This document shows positions 25,229 to 35,666 of a stretch of DNA of 64,000 nt, piece by piece. Below the pieces are notes generated by a model. That model ran no database searches and was not told the DNA's origin. It worked only from the letters and a program-made list of their open reading frames with translations. Origin of the DNA: a virus; IMG/VR virus record IMGVR_UViG_3300018080_000015, positions 1 to 64,000 of that record; one strand, written 5' to 3'. A program made the position numbers and the translations under genes. Numbering within the stretch: position 1 is the stretch's first letter; each line of letters starts with the position of its first letter.

Positions 25229-27149
25229 AGCGCACGCTCTCCCCGACGACATGGTAGCCGTCTGCCGTCACGTCGATCACGTCGGTTCCGATCTGTTTGG
25301 GCGGCTTGTACGGGTTGTGTGGGGGCGCTGTCCGGGCTTGTTTCGACGGTAGGTCCACAGTCGGCTTGTTGGGAGGCTTAGTCGACTCAGCACTGCCTGT
25401 GAAAGTCGCGGAGATGTCCCCTCCGGAGCCGCGCACAGAGGTGCTATCTATGAGCCAAGGACCGACGACGTCTTCGTCCATCACACCAACGATCTGTACG
25501 ACATCACGCGGTCTCAGTAGCCGACCGGTTACAGTACCGGAGATCCGACGCTTGGCCCACCGTGAGAAGGTGGCCTGGTTGAAGTTACGCACGGAAAGTG
25601 ACCAAGCATCCTTCAGCGGAGAACCGGCGATGAAGCGCGCTCGAGCGCCCGCTCGTTTCTCTGCGTTGGGATCGATGAGCATCTGCCCTTTGACAGCCTC
25701 CAAAAGGGCCTCGCGCTGGGTGTCCCGAAACGAGATGGCCGATTGGATTTGAGCTTCCTGCTGTACGCTCCCCGGATCGGTCGTTGCTCGAGCGGCGCCG
25801 ATCCGCGCGTCGGCTTCAGCGTTTATGAGACCCGCTGCAACGAGTATGGTACGTCTATCTGCCTCCGGAAGTGCTCCCACACCTTCGGGTAGCTGCAACT
25901 GGGAATGGAGACCGACCCGATCAGCGCGGTTGGCTGCGGTGCGGCCTATCACTCGATCGTCCTGGATGATGTCTCGCTCTCCCCCGTGCAAGATATGACC
26001 GGCCGTGCTCGTGGCAGAGAAGGTCTCATCGAGCACGAACGAGTCGTAGTCCCACTCGATCTCCTGATAGTCCTTCAAGGTCTTACCGTCAGGACCGACA
26101 CCTGACGATTTCGCGGCGAGCCCAGCAACGCGCGTGCGGGCCGAGTCTGTGATGGAGTAGTCGTTGAGAATGGGCGGAGACGTATCCCAGTCAGGTATGA
26201 ACTCCTTTGCGTGGCACGCATAGTAGAGCTGAATGATGGGCGTGGCACCGACTTGTTTGAGAGAGTAGAGCTCAGGCTTCCGTTTGGCCTTGTGTCCGGT
26301 TGCAAGAAGAGTGGATAGGTCTTCAGATTCTGTTGGCTGTGTGGGCTGCAGTGATTCAGCGAGTTGGTTTTGGATTCCAGCGAGGCGATTTTGATTGCGA
26401 AACTTCGCGTCGTAGACGAGCGCCTCAAACTGATCGGGGGAAGCGGTCTCTAGGATTTCGGCCAGTTCTTTCTCGTAGAGCTGACCGGCGAGGAGCGAGC
26501 GCTTCATCGCGTACTTTCGGAGCTGCTCTTCTCTTCCGTTGCTCGACCACTTCATCTTGGGCAGCGACGGAGCGCCAGGCCTCGGCGTCGGTTTGAAGAT
26601 GAGCGTCTTGCCATTGACAACCTGGAAGTCAAAGTCCTCGTCCTGAGCGAGGCCTTCCAGTAGCTCGCCAAGCGACGACGTGCCCGCAGATATCGTCGGG
26701 TACACGATAGCTGACTCGACGACGTCGGCCTCTAGACCGAGTGCTGCAGCAGCTGCAATCGCAACGTCTGAGGCTTTGGCGTTCGTGAACACCTGTTGAA
26801 AGCCCGTCTCCGAGAGCCCAACAGACTTGTCGACGGCTGTGAGCGTGAGTTTGAACATCCCACCCCCAGACGGAGCTCGCGTTCGGTCTTTGATGATGTA
26901 GGTGTCTTCTCTGTAGTCTCCGTCTTCGTAGCCGAAGACCCACGTGATCAGGCTGTTGCGCTTGAGCCTCGGGTCGTTGAAGATCTCGTCACTGTCGATG
27001 CCCTCGAAGGTCACCGAGAGCTGTCCAGGCTTCCCCCGCTTTTCGTTCAGCGAGACGGTCGTAGCGTCCACTCCAAGAATGTCGACTGCTGGAGTGCGCT
27101 GCGGTCCGAGGTAGACCTGGTAGTATCCGGATCCGGGAACGAGAGGCAT
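25221..27149 (-). CDS. baseplate hub protein (gpD/gp27-like)
   Basis: WVFGY, ASDVA..AAALGL, LLEGLAQDEDFDF..LIFKP, LLRPRDVVQIVGV..GPWLIDS; synteny. Confidence 0.8.
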   Translation of the reverse strand: MPLVPGSGYYQVYLGPQRTPAVDILGVDATTVSLNEKRGKPGQLSVTFEGIDSDEIFNDPRLKRNSLITWVFGYEDGDYREDTYIIKDRTRAPSGGGMFKLTLTAVDKSVGLSETGFQQVFTNAKASDVAIAAAAALGLEADVVESAIVYPTISAGTSSLGELLEGLAQDEDFDFQVVNGKTLIFKPTPRPGAPSLPKMKWSSNGREEQLRKYAMKRSLLAGQLYEKELAEILETASPDQFEALVYDAKFRNQNRLAGIQNQLAESLQPTQPTESEDLSTLLATGHKAKRKPELYSLKQVGATPIIQLYYACHAKEFIPDWDTSPPILNDYSITDSARTRVAGLAAKSSGVGPDGKTLKDYQEIEWDYDSFVLDETFSATSTAGHILHGGERDIIQDDRVIGRTAANRADRVGLHSQLQLPEGVGALPEADRRTILVAAGLINAEADARIGAARATTDPGSVQQEAQIQSAISFRDTQREALLEAVKGQMLIDPNAEKRAGARARFIAGSPLKDAWSLSVRNFNQATFSRWAKRRISGTVTGRLLRPRDVVQIVGVMDEDVVGPWLIDSTSVRGSGGDISATFTGSAESTKPPNKPTVDLPSKQARTAPPHNPYKPPKQIGTDVIDVTADGYHVVGESVRYE

Positions 27150-27625
27150 TACGAAACCTGAAAGTCGACAGAGGCCTCTTCAAGAGACCGCTCGTGGCGG
27201 GTGAGAACTACGCGCAGGGCGTCTTGCGCGGTCGGAACCACAGGAGCTGAGAGGCTCACGTCCAAGTCGACTTCTCCTGCGCCCGACAGGTTGATGCGGC
27301 GAGCCCGTCGAATGAGCTCGAAGAGCACGTCATCAGTCAGGTATCGGATCTCGAACTGCTGCGGTAGATAGTACGTGTGGTTCCACTGCGTCGGATTTGG
27401 GATCTTGTTCCACTCGGCGATGAGCCCCCACCGCAGACCGCTGTCTCCGTAGAGACGATGCGAAACCTCCCAGAGCCGCATCGGGAAGGGAAGACGAAAC
27501 TTTCTGAAGAGTGGGGAGAACTCTGGCACGGGATACGGGCGTTGCACTGCAAACGCTGCCTCTCCGCGGCGAACGAACACCGCGCCGTTTGCTAGGTCTG
27601 AGATGCGCGTGAACTTCTGCGGCAT
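27149..27625 (-). CDS. LysM/tail X-like baseplate protein
   Basis: RLWEVSHRLYGDSGLRWGLIAEWNKIPNP. Confidence 0.75.
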   Translation of the reverse strand: MPQKFTRISDLANGAVFVRRGEAAFAVQRPYPVPEFSPLFRKFRLPFPMRLWEVSHRLYGDSGLRWGLIAEWNKIPNPTQWNHTYYLPQQFEIRYLTDDVLFELIRRARRINLSGAGEVDLDVSLSAPVVPTAQDALRVVLTRHERSLEEASVDFQVS

Positions 27626-28362
27626 TACAGCCCCCTATAGGCGTCAGACCACTCGAAGTCAGGCTCGAACTCCTCTCCAGGCTCCGGAGAGAACGGAAGC
27701 TCTCCCAAGTCTTCGAGCTGCAAATCGTCGTTCTCGATCTGATAGTAGGGCTCCAGCTCGTCCCACGCTGGATCCCAATCCGGATCAACGCCCACCGCAG
27801 GGTCGGCCGGAGGAACGGGATCCCAACTGCTGAGAAGGTTCCCTCCGGAGCGCACCGAGAGGGCATCGAGGATATCGGAGCCCTGCGCTTCTACAAAAGA
27901 GAGCGAGACCATTGCAACACGCGGGTGAAGCTCTTCTGTGGTGAAGCTCCCCCACACGACGTTCATGTCGCGGATGATGACAGGGAGCGAGAAGAGGCGC
28001 CCGAGGTTGAGCAACACAGGCGTGATTCGCTTCCGGCCGGTTGCCTCGTGCACGACCCTGGGGCACGACAGAGACGCGATCCAGTTGACTTGGCGCTTCA
28101 CCCAGTCCGTGTTCTTTGTCTTTCGATCGACGGCGTAGAAACTGAGGTCGAAGGAGATGGTGCGGTCGCCACTGGCGTTGGCGCCGATGCGCGGAGTAGA
28201 AAAGCCGGGGATGGGCACTGAGCGGACCACGGCGCTTCTTCGGTCGTTGATCTGCTTCGGCGCGTGCTGCATCTCGAGCGTGTCGCCGGCGTACAGATCC
28301 TTGATGAAACACAAGGAGCGCTGCATGACGTGTTCGCTGAGTCTCTCGTTGTTGATCGGCAT
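27625..28362 (-). CDS. tail tube initiator (gpU/CIS tube-like)
   Basis: IPG..P....GDRTISFDLSF..VIIRDMNV..PRVAMVSLSFVE; follows the tape measure gene. Confidence 0.75.
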   Translation of the reverse strand: MPINNERLSEHVMQRSLCFIKDLYAGDTLEMQHAPKQINDRRSAVVRSVPIPGFSTPRIGANASGDRTISFDLSFYAVDRKTKNTDWVKRQVNWIASLSCPRVVHEATGRKRITPVLLNLGRLFSLPVIIRDMNVVWGSFTTEELHPRVAMVSLSFVEAQGSDILDALSVRSGGNLLSSWDPVPPADPAVGVDPDWDPAWDELEPYYQIENDDLQLEDLGELPFSPEPGEEFEPDFEWSDAYRGL

Positions 28363-28364
28363 CG

Positions 28365-31202
28365 CTACCTCATGCTGTTGTGGCCGCGATCAAGGTTGAG
28401 CTGTCCTGCCAGCGATTCGTGCCCTGAAGAGCCCGGTCCGCCCGAGCCCGGAATCTGCCGGATGAGGTCGTTCCCGTTTTCAGTCAGCCCCAACTGTTTC
28501 ATCATGAGCTCATTGTTCTTCCTCGACTCCCCGAGCAGTTTGCGTAGTTCGTCGGTCGACTCTTTGTTCTGTTCGGCGACGTACTTTGAGAGCTTTTCGT
28601 TGTCCTCTGCTGTGGTTTCAGGGCCTTTACCTATCTCCTGTGCGCGCTTCCATGCTCTTTTGGATCCCCACGCGATTTCACCTCCAGCTTCTTCATCTCC
28701 TCCTGTGATCCAGTTGAGCGCCTTGTAGCCCGGGATCACCGTCTCGAAGAAAGTCTTCGCTGCGGAGCTTCCCATCTCAATCTTATCGGTGAAGCTGTCC
28801 CACCAGGCAAATGCGCTACCGAGAGCCGTCTCGCTGAACCAGTCCCTGATGCTCTTACCGAGTGAATCAATGGATTCCCAGAGAGCGTCTGAGGTTTCCG
28901 AAATGACGGTAAATGCCTCAGCAACTTTGCCTAGCGAGCCTCCGGTGATCCACGTCACCTTTTCGAATAGCCAGGCGAAGGCACGAGCGATCATCGACAC
29001 GCCCTGAGCGAGCTTTATGACGGGATCGAGCAATCGACGAACCACGCTCTCGACGAGAGACATTTCGCTGTCTGACGACCGGAGCATATCGATCATCGGC
29101 CCGAAGTGCGACGTCAGGACGGTCCAGATTGAATCGAGAGCACCCCACGCGTTCTGAAGACCTTCCCAGAAGTCAGAAAAAGCCTTCCCGAGATGTTCGT
29201 ATAGGATGGCTCCCACCTCCATCCCTACCTCGACGACAGCGCCCATGCCTTCTCGGATGATATCGAGCACCGGCTTGATGCGACTGTAGACCTCATTCGC
29301 GACGTTGAGCACCCTGGTGACGAAGCCCATGAACTGGGTCGCCTTCTCGATAATCCAATCGACTCCGGCCTTGGCGACTTCGACGGGGTCTGAAAGGTCT
29401 AGCCCTTCAAACATCCCGCCGAAGATGTTTTTCAGTCCACCGACCTGCATGTCGAAGATGTTTTGTATCGCCTCCAGAAGTGGGCTGAGCATCTTCGAGA
29501 AGGGCTCGATGAGCAGAGGTGCTTTGGTGCCAATGTACTCGAAGAGCTCTGTCGCGCCTTCTTTGATCTTTCCGAACCAGGAGCCGATTTCGATCACGAC
29601 GTCGAGCGTGCCATCTCGCCTGAGCTTGTCCGCAAGCTCAGAATCGATAGAGGCCATTCCATTCGAGAACGACGTGACTACCTGCCAGACGCCTTGTATC
29701 CCTCGCGTGAGCTTTCGTAGCTCTTCGCCGATACCTGAGAGGTTGTTCTCCCACGCGTAGTACAACCCGTATCCAGCCGCTGCGAGGAGACCCACAACGG
29801 CGAGGAGCCCACTGAAGCCTACAATCACGGGCAAGCTCGCGCTCATGATGCTCGGGAGCACCTGCACACCGAGCATGGCGAGGTTTGTCACAAGCCCCAA
29901 CGACTTGCCTGCGCCGAGCGTCAACGCGGATGCAATGGTCGCGATGACGAAGCCGACCTCGACCAGTCTCGGGTGTTCGCGCGTGAGCTCGACGAAACGG
30001 TTCACCAGTTCGGTCGCCCGCAAACTTGCTCGGCCGATCATGGCACCCAGTCGCTCGAAGGAACCCCGCAGCTCTTCAACGAACTTCTTGTCCTCACTCA
30101 TGCGGGTCAGCATGTCGAGGACGCCCGTCTTCTCGTCGTTCATGAGCGCTGGAGTGAGACCGGCGACGAGACCCTCACCGACGAGACCAAGTAGGTTCTG
30201 CTTGATGTCACCGATGTTTTGCATCACCTGGTACCAGTTCTTCTCCGCAGCCTTCCCAGCTCCACCGTAGACGCGGGCGATAATGCCGAAGATGACATCT
30301 GCGCGCTCCTGAGCCGTCTTGGCGGCCTTGAACGCGCGGGTCTCCGCCTCGTTCTGCACCCCATCAAAGAGCGCGCGGAAGTTGCGCATTTGGCCCTGGA
30401 TCGCCATCGGGAAGTGGCGGCCCATGATCATGTGGGGATCCTGCGCACTCTCCGCGAGAAGATCGTTCACCAGCTCCAGACCCGTGATCTGGGTCTTCTG
30501 CATCTTCCCCGCGATGAGAGTCTCGACGTTGTACGTCTTCAGCGCGTCGGCTTGTTGGCGCTTGAACGTCGTGAAGAGATTCATCGCCTGGAGCGTGTCG
30601 AGCGACGTCTTCGCAGACACCTCCATGACTGTGGTCATCGCTTGACCGGCAGCCTCAGTGTCTCCCTTGAATACACGAGACATTGTGGTGCGTTGGCGCT
30701 GGAACTGCTGACCCAGATTCAGGATCCCAGTCAGGGCTCCACGCACGGAGTTCACCATGCGCTGTCCAGCCATCTCGATTCGCCCGGCCACCATCGAGAG
30801 GTTCTGCAGGGATAGAGCGTCCGCGGCTCGCCGTGCGTCGTCCGCGGTGCGATTGGTAGCGTTGGCAACCTGTTCGGAGCCCCTCACGGCCCCATCTACA
30901 GAGGCCGGGTCGTAGAGATGCGGAGCTACGTGAACACCCGCGGCGCCTGTCTTAGGACCTATCGTGGCCCCTCCCGTGAGCGTTCTACCCAGGCCGGGGA
31001 CGATGGGCGCGGCTTTGTTGGCGAGCACCTTTTGGTACTTGCCCATCGTGGCCGAAAGGCGGTTGAAGGCTGCATCTGCGGCCTGAGCTCCGGCTCGCTG
31101 CTGTAGAAGGCCGCGTGTGATCGTCTGAATCGAGCGCGTCGTCTCTTGGGCCTTCTCCAGGACGAAGGCTGCACCCGCTACGAATGTGCTATCCGCTGGC
31201 AT
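28365..31202 (-). CDS. tape measure protein
   Basis: 945 aa, Ala/Gly-rich and helical with a hydrophobic central segment and periodic Trp/Phe; canonical position. Confidence 0.9.
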   Translation of the reverse strand: MPADSTFVAGAAFVLEKAQETTRSIQTITRGLLQQRAGAQAADAAFNRLSATMGKYQKVLANKAAPIVPGLGRTLTGGATIGPKTGAAGVHVAPHLYDPASVDGAVRGSEQVANATNRTADDARRAADALSLQNLSMVAGRIEMAGQRMVNSVRGALTGILNLGQQFQRQRTTMSRVFKGDTEAAGQAMTTVMEVSAKTSLDTLQAMNLFTTFKRQQADALKTYNVETLIAGKMQKTQITGLELVNDLLAESAQDPHMIMGRHFPMAIQGQMRNFRALFDGVQNEAETRAFKAAKTAQERADVIFGIIARVYGGAGKAAEKNWYQVMQNIGDIKQNLLGLVGEGLVAGLTPALMNDEKTGVLDMLTRMSEDKKFVEELRGSFERLGAMIGRASLRATELVNRFVELTREHPRLVEVGFVIATIASALTLGAGKSLGLVTNLAMLGVQVLPSIMSASLPVIVGFSGLLAVVGLLAAAGYGLYYAWENNLSGIGEELRKLTRGIQGVWQVVTSFSNGMASIDSELADKLRRDGTLDVVIEIGSWFGKIKEGATELFEYIGTKAPLLIEPFSKMLSPLLEAIQNIFDMQVGGLKNIFGGMFEGLDLSDPVEVAKAGVDWIIEKATQFMGFVTRVLNVANEVYSRIKPVLDIIREGMGAVVEVGMEVGAILYEHLGKAFSDFWEGLQNAWGALDSIWTVLTSHFGPMIDMLRSSDSEMSLVESVVRRLLDPVIKLAQGVSMIARAFAWLFEKVTWITGGSLGKVAEAFTVISETSDALWESIDSLGKSIRDWFSETALGSAFAWWDSFTDKIEMGSSAAKTFFETVIPGYKALNWITGGDEEAGGEIAWGSKRAWKRAQEIGKGPETTAEDNEKLSKYVAEQNKESTDELRKLLGESRKNNELMMKQLGLTENGNDLIRQIPGSGGPGSSGHESLAGQLNLDRGHNSMR

Positions 31203-31205
31203 ACC

Positions 31206-31406
31206 TCAGAGCTCCGTGCCCTTGTCCCTCTTTCGACCTTCAGCCACTCGTTTGAGTGCCTTGACGATATCTCTACGATAGACGCTGGGCATGGAGAGCA
31301 CAAACTCGGGAGTGAGCCCAAATTCAGATGTGCACCAGAAGACAAACTCCCAGACGTCGACTACATCGCTTGCTTCAGGGGCAAGTAGAAGGTTCCCGCG
31401 AAAGGG
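31206..31406 (-). CDS. tail assembly chaperone -1 frameshift extension (gpGT-like)
   Basis: The -1 frame is open across the chaperone stop and reads ..VWEFVFWCTSEFGLTPEFVLSMPSVYRR..; slippery heptamer C CCT TTC at 31406-31400. Confidence 0.6.
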   Translation of the reverse strand, partial: PFRGNLLLAPEASDVVDVWEFVFWCTSEFGLTPEFVLSMPSVYRRDIVKALKRVAEGRKRDKGTEL

Positions 31407-32284
31407 ATGAGCTGCCTCACTTGACGCTTGCACTTGTCGCACACGACGATCATGTTCTGGTTGATGCCGCCGTTTTGGCCCTCCACCATGTTGAAGACGT
31501 CGACTGTGACCGCCGAGGGCCACTTTTTGATCTCCGCGCGCAAGTAGGCCGACTCCTGCTTGTCCTTGCCCTTCGTGAGGTCGATCTTTCTGGAAGGCCA
31601 GTAAATCCGCCGCACGATGTGCACCAGCAGCTGATACAGAGATTCTTCGTCCTGGTAGGCCTGGTATCGAGCGAGCGCGCGCTGCGCTGAGATACGCAAT
31701 GGCTCACAGAAGATTTGGAAGTCCTGTCCAAACTTCTCACCGCTGTAGACGAGGTCTGGCGGGTAGTCCGAGAGGTGTCCTTCGGGGACGTCGACCCAGT
31801 GCTCGTTCATCCACGCGATGTTGTCGTGTCCCTTCTCTGGCACCTTCCGGAGCTCGGCGTTGATCTCGTGGCACGCACAGTCCGGATTCGAGCACTCGTA
31901 GAGATAGCGCTTGCACTCGCGTAACTCGAGCTCTGGGTTGGTCGTCTCTTTGCACCGACAGGTCCAGGTGAAGGGCATCTTGGAGCCGTACGAGGCAACT
32001 CGGGCGAGGTAGTTGGCGTCCAGTTGCTCGTAGAGAAGCATGTTGTTGACGTCGAAGCCCTTGTGCTCTTCGACTGTGCCGGCGTGCACGTGCCGTTGCG
32101 TAATCCAGCATAGAGCATCTACGAGCTCTTCGGGGCTCTCGCTCTTCTCCGCGCTCAGATATCGAACGGTTGTCTTGTGGTCGAATGGAATGCCGACGAC
32201 GCGCCGCCCCGTGCAGGTGATGCCGGGCATGAGAGGAAGCAGATCGGCCCACTCGTTCGTGGGCACTACGATATTTTTCGCCAT
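31361..32284 (-). CDS. tail assembly chaperone / gp26-like hub assembly protein
   Basis: Between tube and tape measure; ARVASYG..FTWTCRC and VCDKC zinc motifs. Confidence 0.75.
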   Translation of the reverse strand: MAKNIVVPTNEWADLLPLMPGITCTGRRVVGIPFDHKTTVRYLSAEKSESPEELVDALCWITQRHVHAGTVEEHKGFDVNNMLLYEQLDANYLARVASYGSKMPFTWTCRCKETTNPELELRECKRYLYECSNPDCACHEINAELRKVPEKGHDNIAWMNEHWVDVPEGHLSDYPPDLVYSGEKFGQDFQIFCEPLRISAQRALARYQAYQDEESLYQLLVHIVRRIYWPSRKIDLTKGKDKQESAYLRAEIKKWPSAVTVDVFNMVEGQNGGINQNMIVVCDKCKRQVRQLIPFAGTFYLPLKQAM

Positions 32285-32317
32285 GGTTTCTTCCTGGTCC
32301 GCGGGGACAAGATGCCT

Positions 32318-32359
32318 TCAGCAGTGTGCACTCGGAGGTCCCTTCCGAGTGCGTGCTGA
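32318..32359 (-). terminator. strong hairpin after the tail tube gene (terminator or mRNA-stabilising stem)
   Basis: gcactcgga-N7-tccgagtgc, extended by tcagca/tgctga; no clear U-tract. Confidence 0.5.
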
Positions 32360-32401
32360 GTCCCGGTTAAGGCTCTTCACGCGGCTATTGTAACTGAGTG
32401 A

Positions 32402-32875
32402 CTACGCGGGGAGAAGGTAGAACTTCGTGCAGGCGATCGTCAGGTTCTCGATGAGCTTGTCGGCCTTATTCGTGGCGTCGAAAGCCAGCCCTGGAATCTG
32501 TTTGACGAACGCGTCTTCGGCGACGTAGGTGGCCTGGGGCTCGTTCGCACCGTCGAGGCGCTCGAGCGTCAGCGTGCGGAAGTAGTCGGACGGAACTCCG
32601 CCGATGTTGGTCTGCGGATCGTAGGCCTGACGGAACCACTCCCACGCCCACTGATCGGCAGCGTCGCTCATGACGATCTTTTCGAGTTTGAGGTCCCCGC
32701 AGGTGTAACCGCCTGCGGTCTTGTGGTCGAAGCCCTCGCCCCCAGATGCGTGCTTCACCTCTTCGAGGTTCACATCTGCGATCGTGACCTTCTCACACAG
32801 AGCCGTGTCCAGCCCGTTCACGAGGAGCCGGAACCGAAAGCCGAGCGCTGGATTGGGCGTTGACGTTGTTGGCAT
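32402..32875 (-). CDS. tail tube protein (T4 gp19-like)
   Basis: NPALGFRFRL, KTAG..GDLKLEK, WEWF, RTLTLE, FDA..IENLTI. Confidence 0.9.
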   Translation of the reverse strand: MPTTSTPNPALGFRFRLLVNGLDTALCEKVTIADVNLEEVKHASGGEGFDHKTAGGYTCGDLKLEKIVMSDAADQWAWEWFRQAYDPQTNIGGVPSDYFRTLTLERLDGANEPQATYVAEDAFVKQIPGLAFDATNKADKLIENLTIACTKFYLLPA

Positions 32876-32923
32876 TTTCCTCTCCTTCTTTGCGAGGCTC
32901 AGGCTCGCGACTCGGCTTGGCTC

Positions 32924-35152
32924 TTACAGTTCGGTGTAGTTCACACCCGTGGAGTCCACGATCAGCAGGAAGTCGATCAGTTTGACAGCTCCGACGGGCT
33001 TACATCGGAACAGGATGTGAAACTCCCCCGCGTCAACAACATCAGCGGTGTTGATCACGCCATCGGAGATGTTCTTTGCCTCCTGATCGCAGTTGATGAA
33101 GTATCCTTCGCCCTCTCCGCCCTGGAAGGCCCGGCTCGCGGCGTAGCGGTCTGCTACGGTCTTGATTGCCCGGTACCCCTTGCGCCACAGCAGCGTGTCG
33201 ACCGGGTCGTCGAGTAGGTTGTCAAGGAGCGGCTTGACGTCGCGGCGGAACTGACAGAGGCAGCGCCGCACGTTGAGGAACATGGTCTTCTTCTGCTCTC
33301 GCAGGAGCGTGAGGTTTCCTCGAGCCCTGACGATGCCTTCGGCCTCTTCGAACCAGTTGATGCCCTGCTCGTCCATCGCGTCCTTTTCGTCGTCGGTGGA
33401 CTGCACGAGAAGAGACACGGCTCGGGTCTTACCGCGGGCTTTGCCACTGGGAGCGAGCCACGGACCCGGGACGTTGTCGGAGTCGCCGACTACTAGTGCA
33501 TCGTTGGTGGCAAGCACACCCGCCATCGCGCCTGAATTTTCGTAGAAGGCGGTCTCCCCCGACGCTGAGAGCTCATCGACGAACTCGAGCTCGCCCCAGT
33601 GCATGCAGGAGAAGCTCGAGTTGATCTCCGTGCCGCCAGCGTAGGCGCCGGTCTGCTTTCGGAAATCCTGGACGTCGGTCGGGCTCAATCCCGCAGGCAC
33701 GGACTGGTGAGCGACAAGGTCCTTTGCCGTGGCCCAAGTGTCGAAGAGCCGCTGTTGGGTGTTCGCGGTGAGACCAGGCACGAAGGCGTCGATGAAATCG
33801 ATGTTGGAGTTCAGTCCGTAGATGCCGGTCTTGAACGCTTCGACGCCGAGCCGAGTCGTGGCAGTCATGCCGGTCGCACCATCGGCACCGCTCGCAAGAA
33901 CGTAGGAGCCGTTCGCAGGACGGTTGTCGGGCGGTGTGTTGGGGGACGATTCGTCCGTGAAGAGCCAGTGCGCACTCACAAGACCTTCGACGTCAGTGAT
34001 CGCGATGTTGTCGTAGGTCTCCGCGAGGATACCCAGAGACGTGTTCGCGCTGATCACCATCTTGAAGAGGTTTGCGTCGGACACGTCTGAGGCATCCGAG
34101 ATGGTGATCGTCATCCCGTTGGCCCAGGAGCCCTCCTCTCGAGCGGTCACGGTCAGTGTGTCTTGACCGGCCGCGACGTCGCCTCCGTACGTACGCCCGG
34201 GAGCACCGTCGGTCCATCCCCACTGTGTCACGGGCACCGCGTCACCGTTGAATCCGAGGTACACGGCGGCGCCAGTCGCGTCGGTCGTGAGCGTGAGCGT
34301 GGGAGCCGAGTACGTTGGTGTGAGGCCAGCGATTGGATTCGCAACGAGGTAATCGTACAGATCCTCTGCGCTCACGTTCTTGATGTTGGGGAAGGTGTTC
34401 GGCCCTGCGGAAGCCTGCTCCGTGGTGGAGAAACCGAGGGCGGCGTTGGCAGTGCCGCCAACGACCTGGATGTATGAAGCGCTCCCTTGAGAATCGCTGA
34501 TGAGCGTGACCTTCCCCGGGTTCGCCTCGACTGCATTGGCACCAGCCATCCGACCGTCGTTCAGAGCAATGCACACCTCAGCCGCTGTCGCGTTGGCCGG
34601 ATCGACGAAGTCCCCCGCCAGGAGATCGACGTACTGAGTTCCACCCTGATCGACTTTGATCTGTAGCGCATAGCCTGCGACGGAGAAGTCATAAGTTTCT
34701 GCTCCAGATTCTACGGTCGCCGCCACGCCGTTGAAATCGACATCTGTCTCGACGCTGTTGACGTCGACAGTCACCTTGTCGCCGTTGTTGAACGACAGTC
34801 CTGTCTCTGCGGTGGTTTGCACGGCACCCGTGGCAGTCGTGCCGTTGTCTTCGATCGTCTTCGAAGCCGGTACAGACGTGCGGGTATCGAAATCACCGAC
34901 GTCTGTCATGTGCACCGACCGGGAGAAGCGAACGCGACAGCCCGCCTCGATGGCGCGGCGCACGAGCGCGACGGTGTTATCGTCGGCCAGTTCGGTGCCG
35001 ATGCGGTACTTCATCTCGGGGACCGAACTCAGTAGCACATTTCCGCCGAGAGTGCCTTTCATGGCAGGCCCGGCGAAGGCCACAATGGCTCCCTTCGCGA
35101 GTCGGATGGAGCTCTGGTCTACTTCGGTGAAACGGGTTTGCGCGCGTGCCAT
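32924..35152 (-). CDS. contractile tail sheath protein
   Basis: FAGPAMKG, GSWANG, SGAMAG, PWLAPSG..RG, GINW, RGNLTL, LNVRR, KPVGAVKLI. Confidence 0.93.
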   Translation of the reverse strand: MARAQTRFTEVDQSSIRLAKGAIVAFAGPAMKGTLGGNVLLSSVPEMKYRIGTELADDNTVALVRRAIEAGCRVRFSRSVHMTDVGDFDTRTSVPASKTIEDNGTTATGAVQTTAETGLSFNNGDKVTVDVNSVETDVDFNGVAATVESGAETYDFSVAGYALQIKVDQGGTQYVDLLAGDFVDPANATAAEVCIALNDGRMAGANAVEANPGKVTLISDSQGSASYIQVVGGTANAALGFSTTEQASAGPNTFPNIKNVSAEDLYDYLVANPIAGLTPTYSAPTLTLTTDATGAAVYLGFNGDAVPVTQWGWTDGAPGRTYGGDVAAGQDTLTVTAREEGSWANGMTITISDASDVSDANLFKMVISANTSLGILAETYDNIAITDVEGLVSAHWLFTDESSPNTPPDNRPANGSYVLASGADGATGMTATTRLGVEAFKTGIYGLNSNIDFIDAFVPGLTANTQQRLFDTWATAKDLVAHQSVPAGLSPTDVQDFRKQTGAYAGGTEINSSFSCMHWGELEFVDELSASGETAFYENSGAMAGVLATNDALVVGDSDNVPGPWLAPSGKARGKTRAVSLLVQSTDDEKDAMDEQGINWFEEAEGIVRARGNLTLLREQKKTMFLNVRRCLCQFRRDVKPLLDNLLDDPVDTLLWRKGYRAIKTVADRYAASRAFQGGEGEGYFINCDQEAKNISDGVINTADVVDAGEFHILFRCKPVGAVKLIDFLLIVDSTGVNYTEL

Positions 35153-35225
35153 CTGTCAAACTCCTCGTGTCCAGACTCTATCAGGCGGACCCAGTGTACT
35201 GTTTTTTGTTGTCTGAGGCGAGAGC

Positions 35226-35657
35226 TCACGCACGAAACCCGGCAGCGCGAAAGCGTGCGGGGAGCGTGGGTAGTAGTCGCCTGAATGCTGTGTCGATGTG
35301 GGGTCGTGGAGGCATGCGCGCTGTCCCGTATCGCAGCCACCGGTAAATCGTGTCCCAGGGTACGCCCGACGGGCCGTGTGTTCCGCTCGGGGGCAGTCCG
35401 GCGTAGTTGTGTGAGAACTCGCCTCCTGCCTTTCTCCCTTGAAAGCGCCCAAAGTGCTCAACGTACTGGGTGGTATCAACGAGGGTTATCCCCGCCTTCT
35501 TGGACGGAGGCTGTATCTCGTTGGCCATTACCTCTCGCTTGGCCTCCGCGACGACGTCGTCGAGGAACTGGTTCGTCACCTCGAGCAAGCGCTGATATGC
35601 TCTGCCCTCGAGCGACTCGAGCCAAGCCATAGCGGCATCCCAGTCACCAGTGAGCAT
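35226..35657 (-). CDS. neck/tail completion protein (HK97 gp10-like)
   Basis: TLVDT and LRYGTARMPPRPHI. Confidence 0.75.
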   Translation of the reverse strand: MLTGDWDAAMAWLESLEGRAYQRLLEVTNQFLDDVVAEAKREVMANEIQPPSKKAGITLVDTTQYVEHFGRFQGRKAGGEFSHNYAGLPPSGTHGPSGVPWDTIYRWLRYGTARMPPRPHIDTAFRRLLPTLPARFRAAGFRA

Positions 35658-35666
35658 GGGCTCCTC

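Noticed and set aside
21488-35152. Tail genes as a stand-alone eCIS or tailocin
   Set aside because: Capsid, portal, terminase and neck genes are co-oriented and adjacent, so this is a complete phage morphogenesis region.
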